A stretch of DNA of 64,000 nucleotides from Candidatus Syntropharchaeum sp. (GCA_026134025.1 JAOQII010000004.1:19409-83408), one strand, 5' to 3'. Numbered from the stretch's first letter, positions 15,949-27,608 are shown. The notes: a model not told the origin generated them from the letters alone. Numbers and translations are program-made.

Positions 15949-18900
15949 GCCTGTATCTCTGGATTGCAAAAAGAAATGAGAGTGCTGTAAGACTTTTTTC
16001 ACCACCAGATAGTGCTTCTAATCGTTGAATAGGTTTTCCTGCTGGCTGAACCTGAATCAACAGACCTCCTTCAAATGGCTTTTCTCGAGATTCAAGCAAT
16101 ATCTCACCATTCCCATCAGAAAGCTCTCTGAAGACTTCTTTGAAGTTTGCATTTATCGCATCAAAGGTTGAGAGGAAGACTTCCCGTTTTCTCATCTCAT
16201 ACCCCTCGATCCGCTCGATGATCGCACGCCGCTCATTTGAGAGTGTATTTCTTCGCTGCATTAGCTCATCAGACCGTGATTCAACCTCAAAAAACGCATC
16301 TATCGCCTTCATATTTACAGGCTCGAGTGCACGCATCCTCTCTTCAATTCGCTTAATCTGCTCTCTGATCGTATCATGATCTTCTCTAACCTCTCCCTCT
16401 GGATCGATCCCTGCTTCATCGATCCTGCGTTTTAGCTCTGTAATCTGCGATACGAGTCCTTCTTCGATCTTACGAAGATCTGTTAGTGCGCCATCGATCC
16501 GTTCACGTCTTAATTTCAATCCCTCAATCTCCTCACGGAGTTCCATGACCCGACTGAAACGCTCTTTGAATAGATTTTTAAGCTTTGAAAGCTCCTCTTC
16601 CAGTGCCTTCTCGCGTTCAAGAAGTTCTTCGCGTTCGCTCTCAAGTTCTTTGATCCTGAAGATATTATCCTTTATCTCATCGTTTATGCCCGAAAGGCTT
16701 GCATCCAGCGCTTTTAATCGGTCTTCTCCCTCAGCTATCTTCTTCTCAAGATACTCTCGATCGAGCGTGATTGACTTGATTGAGAGGTCAATCTCGCCCA
16801 TCCTACCTTCGATCATCCTTATCTCCTCGGAGATTTGACGCTCCTTCTTTGTAAGTTCGGGTATCTTCGATGCCTTCAGATCTGATTCAAGCTCACCGAT
16901 CGCTGATTCAAGCTCACTTATTCGCCTTCCTGATGCAGCGAGTGCCTCCTCAAGCTGGATAATTTCAGCCCTGTTATCCTCCTTCTCAAATCTTTCAAGC
17001 TCACGCCTGAGATCGTTCAGGTTACGTTCGCTCTCTTTCTTCTCAATCTGCAACTTATTCAGGATACTCCCCTCTTCAAAGAGATCCTCGCGAATCGTTG
17101 CGTTCCGATTCTCAAGCGCCTTTATTCGTTCAAGATGCATCTTAAGCTCTGATTCAAGGACTGTTCTCTCCTCCTGAAACTTCAGAAGCTCATTTCCTGT
17201 GCTACTTGTGAACCTGAACCGTGATTTTAAGGGTGCACCCCCTGTCATGATACCGCTTCGCTCTATAAGATCTCCATCGAGCGTAACAGACCTGAACCGA
17301 TCCATCAATCGCCTTCCATCCTCAATCGATTCAACAACCACTGTATCCCTGAAGACGTGCCAGAACGCCCGCTCGAATTTGGGATCATACTCGATCAAAT
17401 CGATCGCAAATCCAAGAACGCCTGGATAATCAAGTCCATCCAGTTTTCTCCCATCTTTAAGCTTGTTCAGAGGTAAAAATGTTGCACGCCCCTTCTTGAT
17501 CTGTTTCAGGTACTCGATCGCGTACTGTCCATCGATATCTGTCTCAACAACGATGTACTGCATTTTCCCTCCTGCTGCAGCCTCAAGCGCAACCGCAAAA
17601 CGATTTTCTACCCTTCCAAGCTCAGCAATCGTTCCATAAACCCCCTCAAGCTGATGCATTCTCACAGCTTCCATAACAGACTTAACACCCTCGCTATACC
17701 CTTTGAATTCCTTTTCTGCGAGTACACGGGCCTCTATTTCCATTATCTTCCGCTCTAAAGCTTTGAGATCTTTCTCACGGCCATTCAGCAACGTGCGCTC
17801 TTCACCAAGCACCTTCTCATTCTCCTCAAGTTCCCTGGATAGCTCATGCGTTCTCTTTGCTCTAAGTGAGATCTCTCTCTTCTTTGTATCAAGCTCTTTC
17901 GCAAGTTTTTTCATTCTTTCAGTTATCAAATCAATTTCACCAGATCTTCTTCGTGAACGGTCGAGTATCATATCCTGTTTCATCAGAATCTCGTTCTTTT
18001 TTGACTGCTCAACCTCAAGCTCTCTACGGAGGGTGTATAACCTGTGGGTCGCATCCTCTGCCTTAGATCCTGCAGACTCAATCTCCTTTTTTATTCCATC
18101 AAGGATCGCGGTCTTCTCATCCAGCGTCTCCTTCAAGCTTCCCTTTCGTATCCGCTCATCATCGAAGCGTTTTAATGTGTCTTCAAGCTCCTGACGGTTT
18201 GATTCAAGCTCTATGAAGATACTGTTCTTCTGTGTCTTTAGATCTTCTATCCGCTCTCTACCCAGCGATACAAGCTCTTTGAAACGAGTTATAGTGCCAG
18301 AAACTTCTTCGAGACTTTTTTTAATGGTTAACACTTCTTCTTCACGTTTTTTTACAAGCCGTACCTCGTCTTCATCAAGATCTGACTGTATATCCTCCAT
18401 CTGTGCTGTTTTATTTGAAATACCCCTTGATATAATCTCTTTCTTCTCCAATCTATCCTCTATTGAGCTTTTTATCTCATCAAACTCCTGCTCTTTGAGA
18501 TTGAGGTCTGCAAGAAGGAGAGACGCCTCACACCGTACCTTCTCCTCCTTGAGGTTTTCATACATAAGCGCCTGATCTCGTTCGGTCTGGAGGACTTTGA
18601 GACGGTTTTTAAGTTCTTCAAGGATAATATCGAGCCTCTCGATCCTTGATCGCACCTCATCAAGCTCATGATGCGCTCGCTCCTTCTTTTCATCAAACTC
18701 CGCCACGCCAGAGATCTCATCTATGATCTTTCGCCGCTCAAATGAACTCATATTGAGTATTCTGGTGACATCGCCCTGCATTATCACATTGTATGAGTTT
18801 GAGGTGATGAAAGACCTGCTCAGTATCTCCTGGATCTCTGAAAATGTGCACGGCTTCCCATTGATATAATAATAACTGTAATAACCGTTATCCGTCTTTT

Positions 18901-19210
18901 TTACCTTCCTTGAAATCGTAACAGCATCTCTATCTATCGGAATTAAACGATCACTATTGTCAAAGTGGACCTTCACTTCGGCCTGATTTATCCCATCTCC
19001 ATTACCAGAGCTGTAGATAAGATCGGTCAGCTTATCGGCGCGCATATCTCTCGATTTTGAGAGCCCAAGCGTGAAGAGGATAGCATCAAGTACATTGCTC
19101 TTTCCACTCCCATTGGGTCCTGAAATCGTCATAAACTCGTCAAAGAGCGGTATATGAGTCTGATTTTTAAATGATTTAAAGTTCTTCAGGTCTATACCCT
19201 TAATATGCAC
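15707..19210 (-). CDS. smc: Chromosome segregation protein SMC
   Basis: 1167 aa. N-terminal Walker A (ISGPNGSGKSNVLDAILF), long coiled coils, hinge, C-terminal LSGGEKSLTALSFLFAIQ signature plus Walker B (FYALDEIDMMLD). Confidence 0.95.
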   Translation of the reverse strand: MHIKGIDLKNFKSFKNQTHIPLFDEFMTISGPNGSGKSNVLDAILFTLGLSKSRDMRADKLTDLIYSSGNGDGINQAEVKVHFDNSDRLIPIDRDAVTISRKVKKTDNGYYSYYYINGKPCTFSEIQEILSRSFITSNSYNVIMQGDVTRILNMSSFERRKIIDEISGVAEFDEKKERAHHELDEVRSRIERLDIILEELKNRLKVLQTERDQALMYENLKEEKVRCEASLLLADLNLKEQEFDEIKSSIEDRLEKKEIISRGISNKTAQMEDIQSDLDEDEVRLVKKREEEVLTIKKSLEEVSGTITRFKELVSLGRERIEDLKTQKNSIFIELESNRQELEDTLKRFDDERIRKGSLKETLDEKTAILDGIKKEIESAGSKAEDATHRLYTLRRELEVEQSKKNEILMKQDMILDRSRRRSGEIDLITERMKKLAKELDTKKREISLRAKRTHELSRELEENEKVLGEERTLLNGREKDLKALERKIMEIEARVLAEKEFKGYSEGVKSVMEAVRMHQLEGVYGTIAELGRVENRFAVALEAAAGGKMQYIVVETDIDGQYAIEYLKQIKKGRATFLPLNKLKDGRKLDGLDYPGVLGFAIDLIEYDPKFERAFWHVFRDTVVVESIEDGRRLMDRFRSVTLDGDLIERSGIMTGGAPLKSRFRFTSSTGNELLKFQEERTVLESELKMHLERIKALENRNATIREDLFEEGSILNKLQIEKKESERNLNDLRRELERFEKEDNRAEIIQLEEALAASGRRISELESAIGELESDLKASKIPELTKKERQISEEIRMIEGRMGEIDLSIKSITLDREYLEKKIAEGEDRLKALDASLSGINDEIKDNIFRIKELESEREELLEREKALEEELSKLKNLFKERFSRVMELREEIEGLKLRRERIDGALTDLRKIEEGLVSQITELKRRIDEAGIDPEGEVREDHDTIREQIKRIEERMRALEPVNMKAIDAFFEVESRSDELMQRRNTLSNERRAIIERIEGYEMRKREVFLSTFDAINANFKEVFRELSDGNGEILLESREKPFEGGLLIQVQPAGKPIQRLEALSGGEKSLTALSFLFAIQRYRPAPFYALDEIDMMLDGVNVEKVAKMIKKLSKSAQFIVVSLREPMIECASSTIGVVMQEKNISTITGIRLNGKNAQAQISA

Positions 19211-19551
19211 AATTCCATCCCCGAATTAGTATTGAGTCCAATTATATATTAAGTTAACCATTGACCGCAAAGTTCTTAAAGAATAAACGCAAGGTATGAT
19301 TACAAGCTTCATGATCATAATCAGATCATATAATTACAGTCAGTTACAATTCATCATTCACTCGTATAATCGTCTTGAATTTGATTGAATCTTAATAAGA
19401 TAAAAAGCTGCGATTAAAAGATAAAAGGGATCGTAGAAGTCTATTGGGTTGTTATCTGACTTATTTTGATATTGATCTGATATTGAAGTAAAGATCCAAT
19501 AAATTGAAAGGAGGATACAGATGAATACAAAAAATAGATGGGGGTTTAATT

Positions 19552-20865
19552 ATGCAGAGTAGCGATACCACCAAATACAATATACATGCAAAGATCACAG
19601 CAGAAGGCATTATCGAGCGGCCTGATGTTGTTGGTGCAATTTTTGGTCAGACAGAGGGTCTGATCGGTGATGAACTGGATCTGAGGGATCTCCAGAAGAC
19701 GGGTAGGATAGGGAGGATTGAGGTAAATATCGAGTCAAAATCTGGAAAGTCAACAGGTGTGATCGTGATACCGTCGAGCCTTGATCGGATTGAGACCGTG
19801 ATACTCGCAGCATCGCTTGAGACTATCGATAGAGTGGGTCCCTGTAACGCGAAGATTACACTTGATAGGATTGAGGATGTTCGCGCGGCAAAACGGGTAG
19901 CCATCATATCACGTGCGAAAGAACTTCTGAAGAACATGATCGAGCACGGGAGCCCCGAGAGCCAGGAGATTACAGAGGAGGTAAAACAGGCTGTTAGAGT
20001 TGAGGAGATAGCTCAGTATGGGCCTGATAAACTTCCAGCAGGACCACGCATCGATGATTCGGATGCTATAATTGTCGTTGAGGGAAGAGCTGATGTCCTG
20101 ACACTTCTGAAATACGGGATAAAGAACGCGATCGCTGTTGAGGGTACGAACGTGCCCCCGATTATCGGTGAACTGAGTAAGACAAAGACCGTTACCGCGT
20201 TTACAGACAGTGATCGTGGTGGTGAACTCATACTGAGAGAGCTTATGCAGATCGCAGAGATCGATTATATCGCAAGACCGCCGAATGGCAAGGGTGTCGA
20301 AGACCTGACGTACAAGGAAATCGTAAAATCCCTGAGAAACAAACTGCCAGCAGAGCAATGGGAGATCATGCGAGATAAGAAGGCAGAGAATGCGAAGAAC
20401 CATACGGGCAACCGTCGTGAAGTAACTCACCAGCAACCTCCTGTTAAAAAACCATCCAGGCGAGAAGTAGTCGTTAAACGAAGAACATTCGCCACACAAA
20501 AGACGGAAGAGATTCCTCAGGAAGTTGAACCACCAGCCAAAGCAGCAAACGAGGGTGTGAAGCTTGTTCTGTCTGATAGGGCGCCACTTACACACTTCAA
20601 TCAACTGCTTGGATCGAGGAACGCAAGGCTCATCGGTAGAGATGATAATGTTGTGAAGGAAGTCTCAATAAGGGAGCTTGCACAGACACTCAAAGGTGCT
20701 GAAGAGATCAGAGGTGTGGTTTTCGATGGCGTGATCACCCAGCGGATAATAGATATCGCATCAGATAAGGGAATTGAGTACGTCTTCGGAGGGAAACTTG
20801 GAAGCGTGATAAAGATCCCTGTTAACCTTAAAGTGCTGACAGAAGAGACGTTCAAGATGACATGA
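19552..20865 (+). CDS. dnaG: Archaeal DnaG-type primase (Toprim domain; exosome-associated DnaG)
   Basis: TKYNIHAKITAEGIIERPDVVGAIFGQTEGL N-terminus and central Toprim (IIVVEGRADVLTLLKYG...DSDRGGELI) are typical of archaeal DnaG. Basic C-terminal tail. Confidence 0.85.
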   Translation: MQSSDTTKYNIHAKITAEGIIERPDVVGAIFGQTEGLIGDELDLRDLQKTGRIGRIEVNIESKSGKSTGVIVIPSSLDRIETVILAASLETIDRVGPCNAKITLDRIEDVRAAKRVAIISRAKELLKNMIEHGSPESQEITEEVKQAVRVEEIAQYGPDKLPAGPRIDDSDAIIVVEGRADVLTLLKYGIKNAIAVEGTNVPPIIGELSKTKTVTAFTDSDRGGELILRELMQIAEIDYIARPPNGKGVEDLTYKEIVKSLRNKLPAEQWEIMRDKKAENAKNHTGNRREVTHQQPPVKKPSRREVVVKRRTFATQKTEEIPQEVEPPAKAANEGVKLVLSDRAPLTHFNQLLGSRNARLIGRDDNVVKEVSIRELAQTLKGAEEIRGVVFDGVITQRIIDIASDKGIEYVFGGKLGSVIKIPVNLKVLTEETFKMT

Positions 20866-21403
20866 GCTTTTCTTTCTCCCTTTTTATCCACTTTATCTTT
20901 TTTTCTACCTTGATGATCGATGGGTCATCCTCTGCTTTAGAGAGTTTCGCAAGCCGTTTAAGCTCACGCTCGTAAGGTGCGAGCCGTCTGGAGATTCTGA
21001 CGCCATCTTTATGCTTCAACCTTTTTTTACCCTCAATCTCTTCTGAATATATTTGATCAAGTTTTGAAAGGGTTCTATCCGCGATATTTTTGGTCTTCTC
21101 CTCTTTTTCGTCAAGATCTGTCTCGCAGACTGCAAGGAAGTTCTTCAATGATTCTGCAAGGGCTTCTCCGTGCGGCGTGAGCTTAAGATTCTTGATCCGC
21201 CCCGACTTCTCGGTCTCGATGATGCCGAGCTCTTCCATCGCGGATAGGATCTTGACAGCGTGTGCAAAGGTTGTATCAACCTCTTTCAGAATTCGTGAGG
21301 CATAAGGAAGGTTCATATTCGCGATTGAGATTAAAATCTCAGCAGGCTTATCCTGTAAAAAGAGTCGTTTGATCGTCTCAGACCGATCTGTTTCAGCTTT
21401 CAT
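20852..21403 (-). CDS. Hypothetical winged-helix DNA-binding protein with basic coiled-coil tail
   Basis: N-terminal HTH-like region (AEILISIANMNLPYASRILKEV...ILSAMEELGII), K/E-rich C-terminus. Start chosen at the internal Met to avoid overlap with the AMMECR1 gene. Confidence 0.4.
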   Translation of the reverse strand: MKAETDRSETIKRLFLQDKPAEILISIANMNLPYASRILKEVDTTFAHAVKILSAMEELGIIETEKSGRIKNLKLTPHGEALAESLKNFLAVCETDLDEKEEKTKNIADRTLSKLDQIYSEEIEGKKRLKHKDGVRISRRLAPYERELKRLAKLSKAEDDPSIIKVEKKIKWIKREKEKLMSS

Positions 21404-21956
21404 GGAATATTTGCCCTTCGAAGATGCTGACATCGGTCTTTTCATCGAGCCACATATCAGGTGTGAGTCCAGCTTTCAGGCACGTCTGTTCAAGAAAAGT
21501 CTCGGCATCCCAGCCCCACTCGACTGCGACCTGCGGCAGCAGAAGACCCTGATACGGACCTCTTCGAACGATCAAGCCATGCTTACCCACAACGATCTGA
21601 GAAGCCCGATCTTTCGGCTTAACACTGAGCCTCAAAGGTTCTGTCAGGATTGTGACCTCAAGCTCGATCATTTCGAGTTCATCAGGAGATACTGCCGGGA
21701 AGCGTGGATCAGATGAAGCTGCGCTTATCGCAGCCTCCAGAATCGCATCCTTTAACGCCATTATCGGATAAGGGAAACCGATGCAGCCTCTCAGCATCCC
21801 TTGCTTGTTTATCGTAACAAAAACACCTCGCTTCTCATTGAAGATTGCGGGGAGTTCGTAGGTATCGGTGTTGACGCGCCTTCCCTCCCTGACGTACGCC
21901 TCGATCGCATCCCTTGAAAGCTGGATTGCCAACTTACCCTCTTCTTCGCTCAGCAT
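21393..21956 (-). CDS. AMMECR1-domain protein
   Basis: 187 aa with the conserved LRGCIG motif and typical AMMECR1 length. Confidence 0.85.
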   Translation of the reverse strand: MLSEEEGKLAIQLSRDAIEAYVREGRRVNTDTYELPAIFNEKRGVFVTINKQGMLRGCIGFPYPIMALKDAILEAAISAASSDPRFPAVSPDELEMIELEVTILTEPLRLSVKPKDRASQIVVGKHGLIVRRGPYQGLLLPQVAVEWGWDAETFLEQTCLKAGLTPDMWLDEKTDVSIFEGQIFHES

Positions 21957-21968
21957 AACTTTTCTCTC

Positions 21969-22880
21969 TTACATATTAAGAAGCGACATCGGAGTAAGTT
22001 CAACGATAATCCTGCCACGATTGCTCGATTTTGTGATCGTTGCGATCTCAGAAAGTCTGTAATCGCTTATCAGCACATTCTCCACCGCTTCATGGTAATC
22101 ATCATAAGGTATCTTTATCCTCACCCCATTTAACCGCTGCACGATCGGTGCTGGTGCGAGCGAGTGCTTGATATCCTCTACCTGATTGAGAAGTTCATCC
22201 TTCACGACCCATGGCGGAACAAACGGCGGATCAATCGCAATCTCTTCTTTTCTAACTTTAACAGCCTTTTCCACCTCATCTGAGATTTTTTTCAAGAGTT
22301 CAATCTCATTCAGCCGCTTGAAGGTATAGGGGAGCCTTCCAAGCATCGAGATATATCTTACTCCTTCTATCTGTGTTTCAGGTAGCCCAACCGCGACTAC
22401 TGGAACGTTCAACGTCTTGAAGACCTCTATCTTCTCCTCTATGCATCGTTTGAAGTTTCCAAACCCGATGAGGCAGACATCATGCTCCTCTATTATCTGA
22501 CGCTCTCGCAATGTCAGCTGCGCAATTCGCCTGCCAACACCCCTTGCAAGCCCTATAACGTTCGTCTGTGCCCCTTTCCTCCGCATAATCTCAGCCATAT
22601 CACAGACCGGGTGTGGCAGGTGGTGTCGAGTGATCGTTGGCGTCACAACCGCTATCTCTGTCCCAAGAAGCGGTGCCTTCCTGAGCATTCCCTGAATATC
22701 TGCAGCGACATTTTCTATTACCTCATACTCCTCTACAGGAGCCGTGAAGGTGATGGTCGCCTCCTGCGCAAAGATCCGCTGAGTTATGATGTATCCGCCA
22801 AGATCTACGATAAGCTCAACAAGTTCTCCGTGCCTGTACGATCCACCTTCAAATATATAGTTCTCATACATAGGATTCAC
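21969..22880 (-). CDS. Conserved archaeal hypothetical protein (possibly a methanogen marker-type protein)
   Basis: 303-aa ORF translationally coupled to leuS upstream. No recognisable catalytic motif from reading alone. Confidence 0.35.
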   Translation of the reverse strand: MNPMYENYIFEGGSYRHGELVELIVDLGGYIITQRIFAQEATITFTAPVEEYEVIENVAADIQGMLRKAPLLGTEIAVVTPTITRHHLPHPVCDMAEIMRRKGAQTNVIGLARGVGRRIAQLTLRERQIIEEHDVCLIGFGNFKRCIEEKIEVFKTLNVPVVAVGLPETQIEGVRYISMLGRLPYTFKRLNEIELLKKISDEVEKAVKVRKEEIAIDPPFVPPWVVKDELLNQVEDIKHSLAPAPIVQRLNGVRIKIPYDDYHEAVENVLISDYRLSEIATITKSSNRGRIIVELTPMSLLNM

Positions 22881-25711
22881 TCCACAAATATCGCGGCTTT
22901 CATCGGATAAGCGAGTTTACTCTTTCCTGCAGGGTCATAAGCGGCGTCTTCTGCATTATAGACGGAGACACTCGCACCAAATTCCTGTTTAAAGAAGTCT
23001 TTTGCCCTGTCAAGCACCTTAAACTCGTTTATATCGGTTGCAAGAAGTAGATCAATCTCTTTCTCACTTATCCCCTGGTAATCCTCGATCATACGCTTAA
23101 CAAGTTTCGGCATCTCCTTTTTGTATGACCTCATCTCAGGATTTTCCATGATATAACGCATCACATCACTCAGCTCCACCCTACCTTTACTTCGTCTGGA
23201 TAAGACAACCCGTCTCACCTCCTCTTTCCATTCTGGAGTGGTGTACAGTATTATCCGTCTGGGTGTGATCTTTGTGACCTTGAGGATCTCATTTATATCA
23301 TTGTATGTCGCCTCTACAAGCCGCTCTTCAAGTTCAATTCCTGGGTTTACGAATTCATCATCAACTTTGGGATAAGTCAGATCGGTTACACTGCTCTTTC
23401 CCATCTTTTCCAGAAGTTCTGCGGTTATATGCGGCACAAACGGTGCAAGAAGCCTTACCCAGCGATCCAAAATGTATCTCATCGTCCACACTGCCCCGGG
23501 TCTTGACCCGTCAGATCGTCTCCTGTACCACCTGAGATCGCTTTCTATCCCAAAGAATGCCTGCTGTATAGCAGATCTTGTGAAGAAATTATCGAGTGCT
23601 TCTGTCGTTATTTTTATTCGATCCTGTAACCTGTTAAGAATCCAGTAATCGATCGATTCAAGCTCCTTCTCACCCTCGCCCATCTCGATAATCTCGTTCG
23701 CGGTATTCCAGAACCTCTCAAGGTGGCGCTTGCTCGCTGTAACCTCTTTACTACGCCAGTCAAAGTCCTGCCATGGTTCTGCAGACCCCATAAGGAAGAA
23801 CCTCACGGTATCTGCACCAAACTTCTCGATCGCATCGCTCAAGAGAATTACATTACCTTTTGAAGAACTCATTTTCTCCCCTTCAAGAAGTCCGATACCA
23901 AAGACCACGAGCCCTCTTGGGTGATATTCTTCGCTGAAGATCGCTGTATGGTGAAAAAGCTGGAACGTGAGGTGATTTGAGATTAAATCCTTTGCAGAAA
24001 GCCTGTAGTCGTACGGATACCAGTACATAAATTCTTCCTGCATCTTTTTTAGAATTTCCGGATCGACCCTGCACTCAGTATTTTTCTGCAGAAATATCCT
24101 GTCGAATACTGCGTCATCGAGAAGCTCAGGATCGATATCTTTGAGGTGCTGGGCGATCGTGTAGTACGCCATGTAAATCGTTGAATCACTCAAGGGTTCG
24201 ATGATCCATGCAGGATCCCAGGGAAGGGGTGTACCAAGTCCAACCTTCCTCGTGCATGCCCAGTCATTGAGCCAGTCAACGGTCCTTAAAAACTCACTCT
24301 CAAGCTCAGGTGGGATGAGTTTTGTCCTATCATGGATGCAGGTTTTCACAGAATCCTTCCAATCAGGGTCGCTGTATCTCACAAACCACTGATCCTTCAG
24401 GAGCTTGATGACAGCAGATGTGTTGCAACGGCAGACGACAGGGCGCTCACTGAACTCATACAGGCTCGCCGCATCACCACGTTCAGTGAGTTTTATCTTT
24501 ACATCATTCCGTGCCTGATATACAGGATCTCCACCAAACTCCTGTAGCATAAACCCCCTGTTAAACTCTGCAGAATAAAGTTCGTCGGTCGCACTGGTGA
24601 GCTTCTCATCCTCCTGATCTTTTATCCCCATCCGATTCACCACTTCTGCGGCAGGAATCTTTTCATAACCTTCAATCCTGATTACAGGAATCGGACGGAT
24701 GTTTTTGTATTTTCCAGCATTATGGAGATCTCTAAGTGCGATAAAGTCAAACGGGGCATGTGCAGGAACGCTCATTACAATTCCTGTACCCATATCCATC
24801 TCAACAAATGTCGCTGGAAGAATCTCGACTATATCATCATTCAAAGGGTTCTTTACCACCCGATCTATGAACCTCGAGCCTTTTACAAACGACTCGATCT
24901 CAAGGTCAAAGTCCTGATACTTGAGCTTCTCTGCCGCTTCTCTACTCAAGAGCCAGTTTTCATTGCGATCTTTCAACTTTGCGATGACATAGTCACCATC
25001 AGGGTTAATCCAGAGGTTTGTAACCCCGAAAAGCGTCTCGGGACGGAGTGTCGCAGTTGGAACCACCATCCCATCAGGGAGGCGAAACTTGATGAGGACA
25101 AACTCACTGATCGTAGCCTTCTCGCCAGTTAGGAGATCATGATCCCCAAGAGGATTATCGCAATTTGGGCAGAATTTGACAGGATGCTCACCTTTAGCCA
25201 CAAGACCTTTATCTTTAAGTTGATGATACTGCCATACGATAAACTTACTGTACTGAGGGTCTACGGTTGTAAATCTTCTCCTCCAATCGATCGAGAGTCC
25301 CATCGACCTCATAATATCTGTATAGTCATTGCTGAAGTATCGTACGATCTCATGAGGGTCGGTGAACCGTTCCATAACATCCTTTGGAACTTTGTAGACC
25401 TCCCTGTAGAGCTTTATAGCCTCCTGATCACCTCTTGCGATCCGGTTAGAGACGCCGATCACGGGCGTACCTGTCACATGGAAGCCCATCGGGAAGAGGA
25501 CGTTATAACCCTGCATTCGCTTGAATCTTGCTATAACATCAGGTACAGTGTAAGTTCTACCATGTCCGATATGCATTGCACCAGAGGGGTATGGATATGC
25601 AACATTCAGGTAAAATTTATCACCTAAACCTGGATCTGCTTCATACGCCCCCTTATCCTCCCAGATCTTCTGCCATTTAGATTCTATAAGCTTGAATTCG
25701 TATTTTCCCAT
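22877..25711 (-). CDS. leuS: Leucyl-tRNA synthetase (archaeal/eukaryal type)
   Basis: [22 protein letters not shown]-terminus, HIGH motif ([13 protein letters not shown]), KMSKS variant (KMSSSKGN), CP1 editing domain length. Start moved to MGKYEF. Confidence 0.95.
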   Translation of the reverse strand: MGKYEFKLIESKWQKIWEDKGAYEADPGLGDKFYLNVAYPYPSGAMHIGHGRTYTVPDVIARFKRMQGYNVLFPMGFHVTGTPVIGVSNRIARGDQEAIKLYREVYKVPKDVMERFTDPHEIVRYFSNDYTDIMRSMGLSIDWRRRFTTVDPQYSKFIVWQYHQLKDKGLVAKGEHPVKFCPNCDNPLGDHDLLTGEKATISEFVLIKFRLPDGMVVPTATLRPETLFGVTNLWINPDGDYVIAKLKDRNENWLLSREAAEKLKYQDFDLEIESFVKGSRFIDRVVKNPLNDDIVEILPATFVEMDMGTGIVMSVPAHAPFDFIALRDLHNAGKYKNIRPIPVIRIEGYEKIPAAEVVNRMGIKDQEDEKLTSATDELYSAEFNRGFMLQEFGGDPVYQARNDVKIKLTERGDAASLYEFSERPVVCRCNTSAVIKLLKDQWFVRYSDPDWKDSVKTCIHDRTKLIPPELESEFLRTVDWLNDWACTRKVGLGTPLPWDPAWIIEPLSDSTIYMAYYTIAQHLKDIDPELLDDAVFDRIFLQKNTECRVDPEILKKMQEEFMYWYPYDYRLSAKDLISNHLTFQLFHHTAIFSEEYHPRGLVVFGIGLLEGEKMSSSKGNVILLSDAIEKFGADTVRFFLMGSAEPWQDFDWRSKEVTASKRHLERFWNTANEIIEMGEGEKELESIDYWILNRLQDRIKITTEALDNFFTRSAIQQAFFGIESDLRWYRRRSDGSRPGAVWTMRYILDRWVRLLAPFVPHITAELLEKMGKSSVTDLTYPKVDDEFVNPGIELEERLVEATYNDINEILKVTKITPRRIILYTTPEWKEEVRRVVLSRRSKGRVELSDVMRYIMENPEMRSYKKEMPKLVKRMIEDYQGISEKEIDLLLATDINEFKVLDRAKDFFKQEFGASVSVYNAEDAAYDPAGKSKLAYPMKAAIFVE

Positions 25712-25815
25712 CCTGAAACACACCTATCCCTCATTCAATTTAAAGGTAAAAGAAGTTTTTGGTTGCAGGCTTTGCACAACTTTAAATAGAAAAACCAGCG
25801 AATAAGAATGGAGGT

Positions 25816-26859
25816 ATGGTAAAGCGCGTATCAGCCCTGATAACTGTGATGGCAATCGCATCGATCACGGCATTTTCAGGATGTTTTGGGGTAGCACCTG
25901 CTGATACAATCGAGGATGAGAATACGATCGAAGAAACACCAGTATTTACGCCTGATTCCAACAATAGCAGCCTTGATAGTACACCGCCGAGCATACCACT
26001 CCCAGTTGCTATGTCTAACGTTAGCGTAGATGCACCCCCTCTCATTGAAGCGGAGGATCGAGAAGAGGTCGAAACTCCAGAAACGTCCACCCCTACCTCG
26101 CGCCCAACACCAGCCACGCCTCCTGTTCCTGTAATCGATGTGGTGGTACTGGATATACAGTTTGATCCGCCAGGAAATGACCGTGAGAACCTCAATGGTG
26201 AGTGGGTCAGGATCCTGAACAGGGGTGCGTCTGAGGTTGATATTGGTGGATGGAGCCTTGCGGATCGTAAGAACCATCTATACATCTTTCCAGAGGATTT
26301 TACGCTCCTTCCAGATGAGAGTGTGAAGGTGCATGTTGGCGCAGGGGAAGATACTCATACAGAACTCTACATGAATGAAAAGACCCCAATCTGGAATAAT
26401 GATGGAGATACTGCAACGCTCTCTGATGCAAATAATGTGATCATCGATCAGTACAGCTACACGCCCGAGACAGTGCCGACATCCTCTAAAACCGCCACAC
26501 CAACGCCAGCTCAAACTCAAACAGGTTCTATTGGGATTGTGATAGAAGAGATCAACTACGACCCAGAAGGTAACGATCGTGATAACCTCAACGAGGAGTG
26601 GGTCATGATCTTAAATACGGGTGATGACAATATAGATATGGGAGGATGGATCATCGTTGATGCGAAGAATCATTCGTACGTCTTTCCAGAAGGCTTTGAA
26701 CTTCCCCCTGTTTCGAGGGTCAAGGTTCATGTGGGAATAGGTGATGACAGCGATACAGACCTCTATATGAACGGAAAAAACCCGATCTGGAACAATGATG
26801 GCGATACTGCAACGCTCTTCGATTCACGAGGGGAGATCGTGGATCAATACAACTATTGA
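25816..26859 (+). CDS. Secreted lipoprotein with two lamin-tail domains (LTD) separated by Thr/Pro-rich linkers
   Basis: Signal peptide plus lipobox-like FSGC. Two copies of about 110 aa: NLN(G/E)EWV(R/M)ILN...GGW(S/I)...DxKNH(L/S)Y(I/V)FPE...VKVHVG...DLYMN...PIWNNDGDTATL...IVDQYSY. Confidence 0.65.
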   Translation: MVKRVSALITVMAIASITAFSGCFGVAPADTIEDENTIEETPVFTPDSNNSSLDSTPPSIPLPVAMSNVSVDAPPLIEAEDREEVETPETSTPTSRPTPATPPVPVIDVVVLDIQFDPPGNDRENLNGEWVRILNRGASEVDIGGWSLADRKNHLYIFPEDFTLLPDESVKVHVGAGEDTHTELYMNEKTPIWNNDGDTATLSDANNVIIDQYSYTPETVPTSSKTATPTPAQTQTGSIGIVIEEINYDPEGNDRDNLNEEWVMILNTGDDNIDMGGWIIVDAKNHSYVFPEGFELPPVSRVKVHVGIGDDSDTDLYMNGKNPIWNNDGDTATLFDSRGEIVDQYNY

Positions 26860-26877
26860 TGGGTTTCAATTCATACC

Positions 26878-27453
26878 ATGTACATAACAGATGAGGTCCT
26901 GAGGGAACTTGAAGAAAAATATGGAACGCCGAGGGTGATCGAGCTCAGCTTTGAGATTGACGAGGATGAGTTCAGGATCATGCGCCAGAGTATGCGCAAT
27001 AATAGAGCACATGACGTCACGTTCATCATCGAGAAAGCTGATAAGATAGCGGTAATCAGGAAACCATCACACCCTCCAGGCGTATATCGCATACCGAGTG
27101 GTGGAGTGGAACTCGGAGAAAAGTTTGAGGCGGGTCTCATAAGAGAGGCTTTTGAGGAGACAGGAATGAGTGTCGAGATCCTGAGATACCTCCTGAGGGT
27201 TGAGGCGTGTTTCACATCGAACGGTGACCATCAAAGCTGGAGATCTCATGTCTTTCAGACGAGATGGGTATCGGGCGAGCTTGATCCACGTGACAGAAAA
27301 GAGATTGAGGGGGCAAAATGGGTCACGCTCGATGAGCTGTGTGGTGAGATCCGAGCATCCTTGCTTAAGAGCGATTCTGGGGGACTTCATTACAGGGTGG
27401 CATTGACAGATGCTGCGATCAGGGAACTGTTAAATTCGAGGGAGAAACTTTAA
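26878..27453 (+). CDS. NUDIX hydrolase
   Basis: Nudix box GGVELGEKFEAGLIREAFEETGM (Gx5Ex7REUxEExGU). Confidence 0.75.
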   Translation: MYITDEVLRELEEKYGTPRVIELSFEIDEDEFRIMRQSMRNNRAHDVTFIIEKADKIAVIRKPSHPPGVYRIPSGGVELGEKFEAGLIREAFEETGMSVEILRYLLRVEACFTSNGDHQSWRSHVFQTRWVSGELDPRDRKEIEGAKWVTLDELCGEIRASLLKSDSGGLHYRVALTDAAIRELLNSREKL

Positions 27454-27481
27454 ATAGACCTCTGAAGGTATAGAGATTCAC

Positions 27482-27608
27482 TGGTATAGCGGCCATAGCG
27501 GCGGGGAAACTCCTGTACCCATCCCGAACACAGAAGATAAGCCCGCCAGCGTTCCTTGTTGTACTGAGGTGCGCGAGCCCTCGGGAAGTCTGGATCGCTG
27601 CTATACCA
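27482..27608 (+). rRNA. rrf: 5S ribosomal RNA (standalone copy)
   Basis: GGTATAGCGGC...CCCATCCCGAACACAGAAGATAAGCC...GCTGCTATACC. Terminal helix pairing (ggtatagc/gctatacc) and the conserved loop C/helix motifs of archaeal 5S. Confidence 0.8.

Noticed and set aside
16140-18575. Several Ser/Arg-rich plus-strand ORFs (79-163 aa) inside the smc locus
   Set aside because: They are antisense shadows of the smc coiled-coil coding region. Glu/Lys/Leu-rich codons read in reverse give Ser/Phe/Leu-rich artefacts.
19211-19551. AT-rich 340-bp divergent intergenic region between smc and dnaG as a replication origin
   Set aside because: It contains short direct repeats (gatattga twice) but no recognisable ORB/mini-ORB elements and no adjacent cdc6/orc1. 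It is more simply explained as two divergent promoters.
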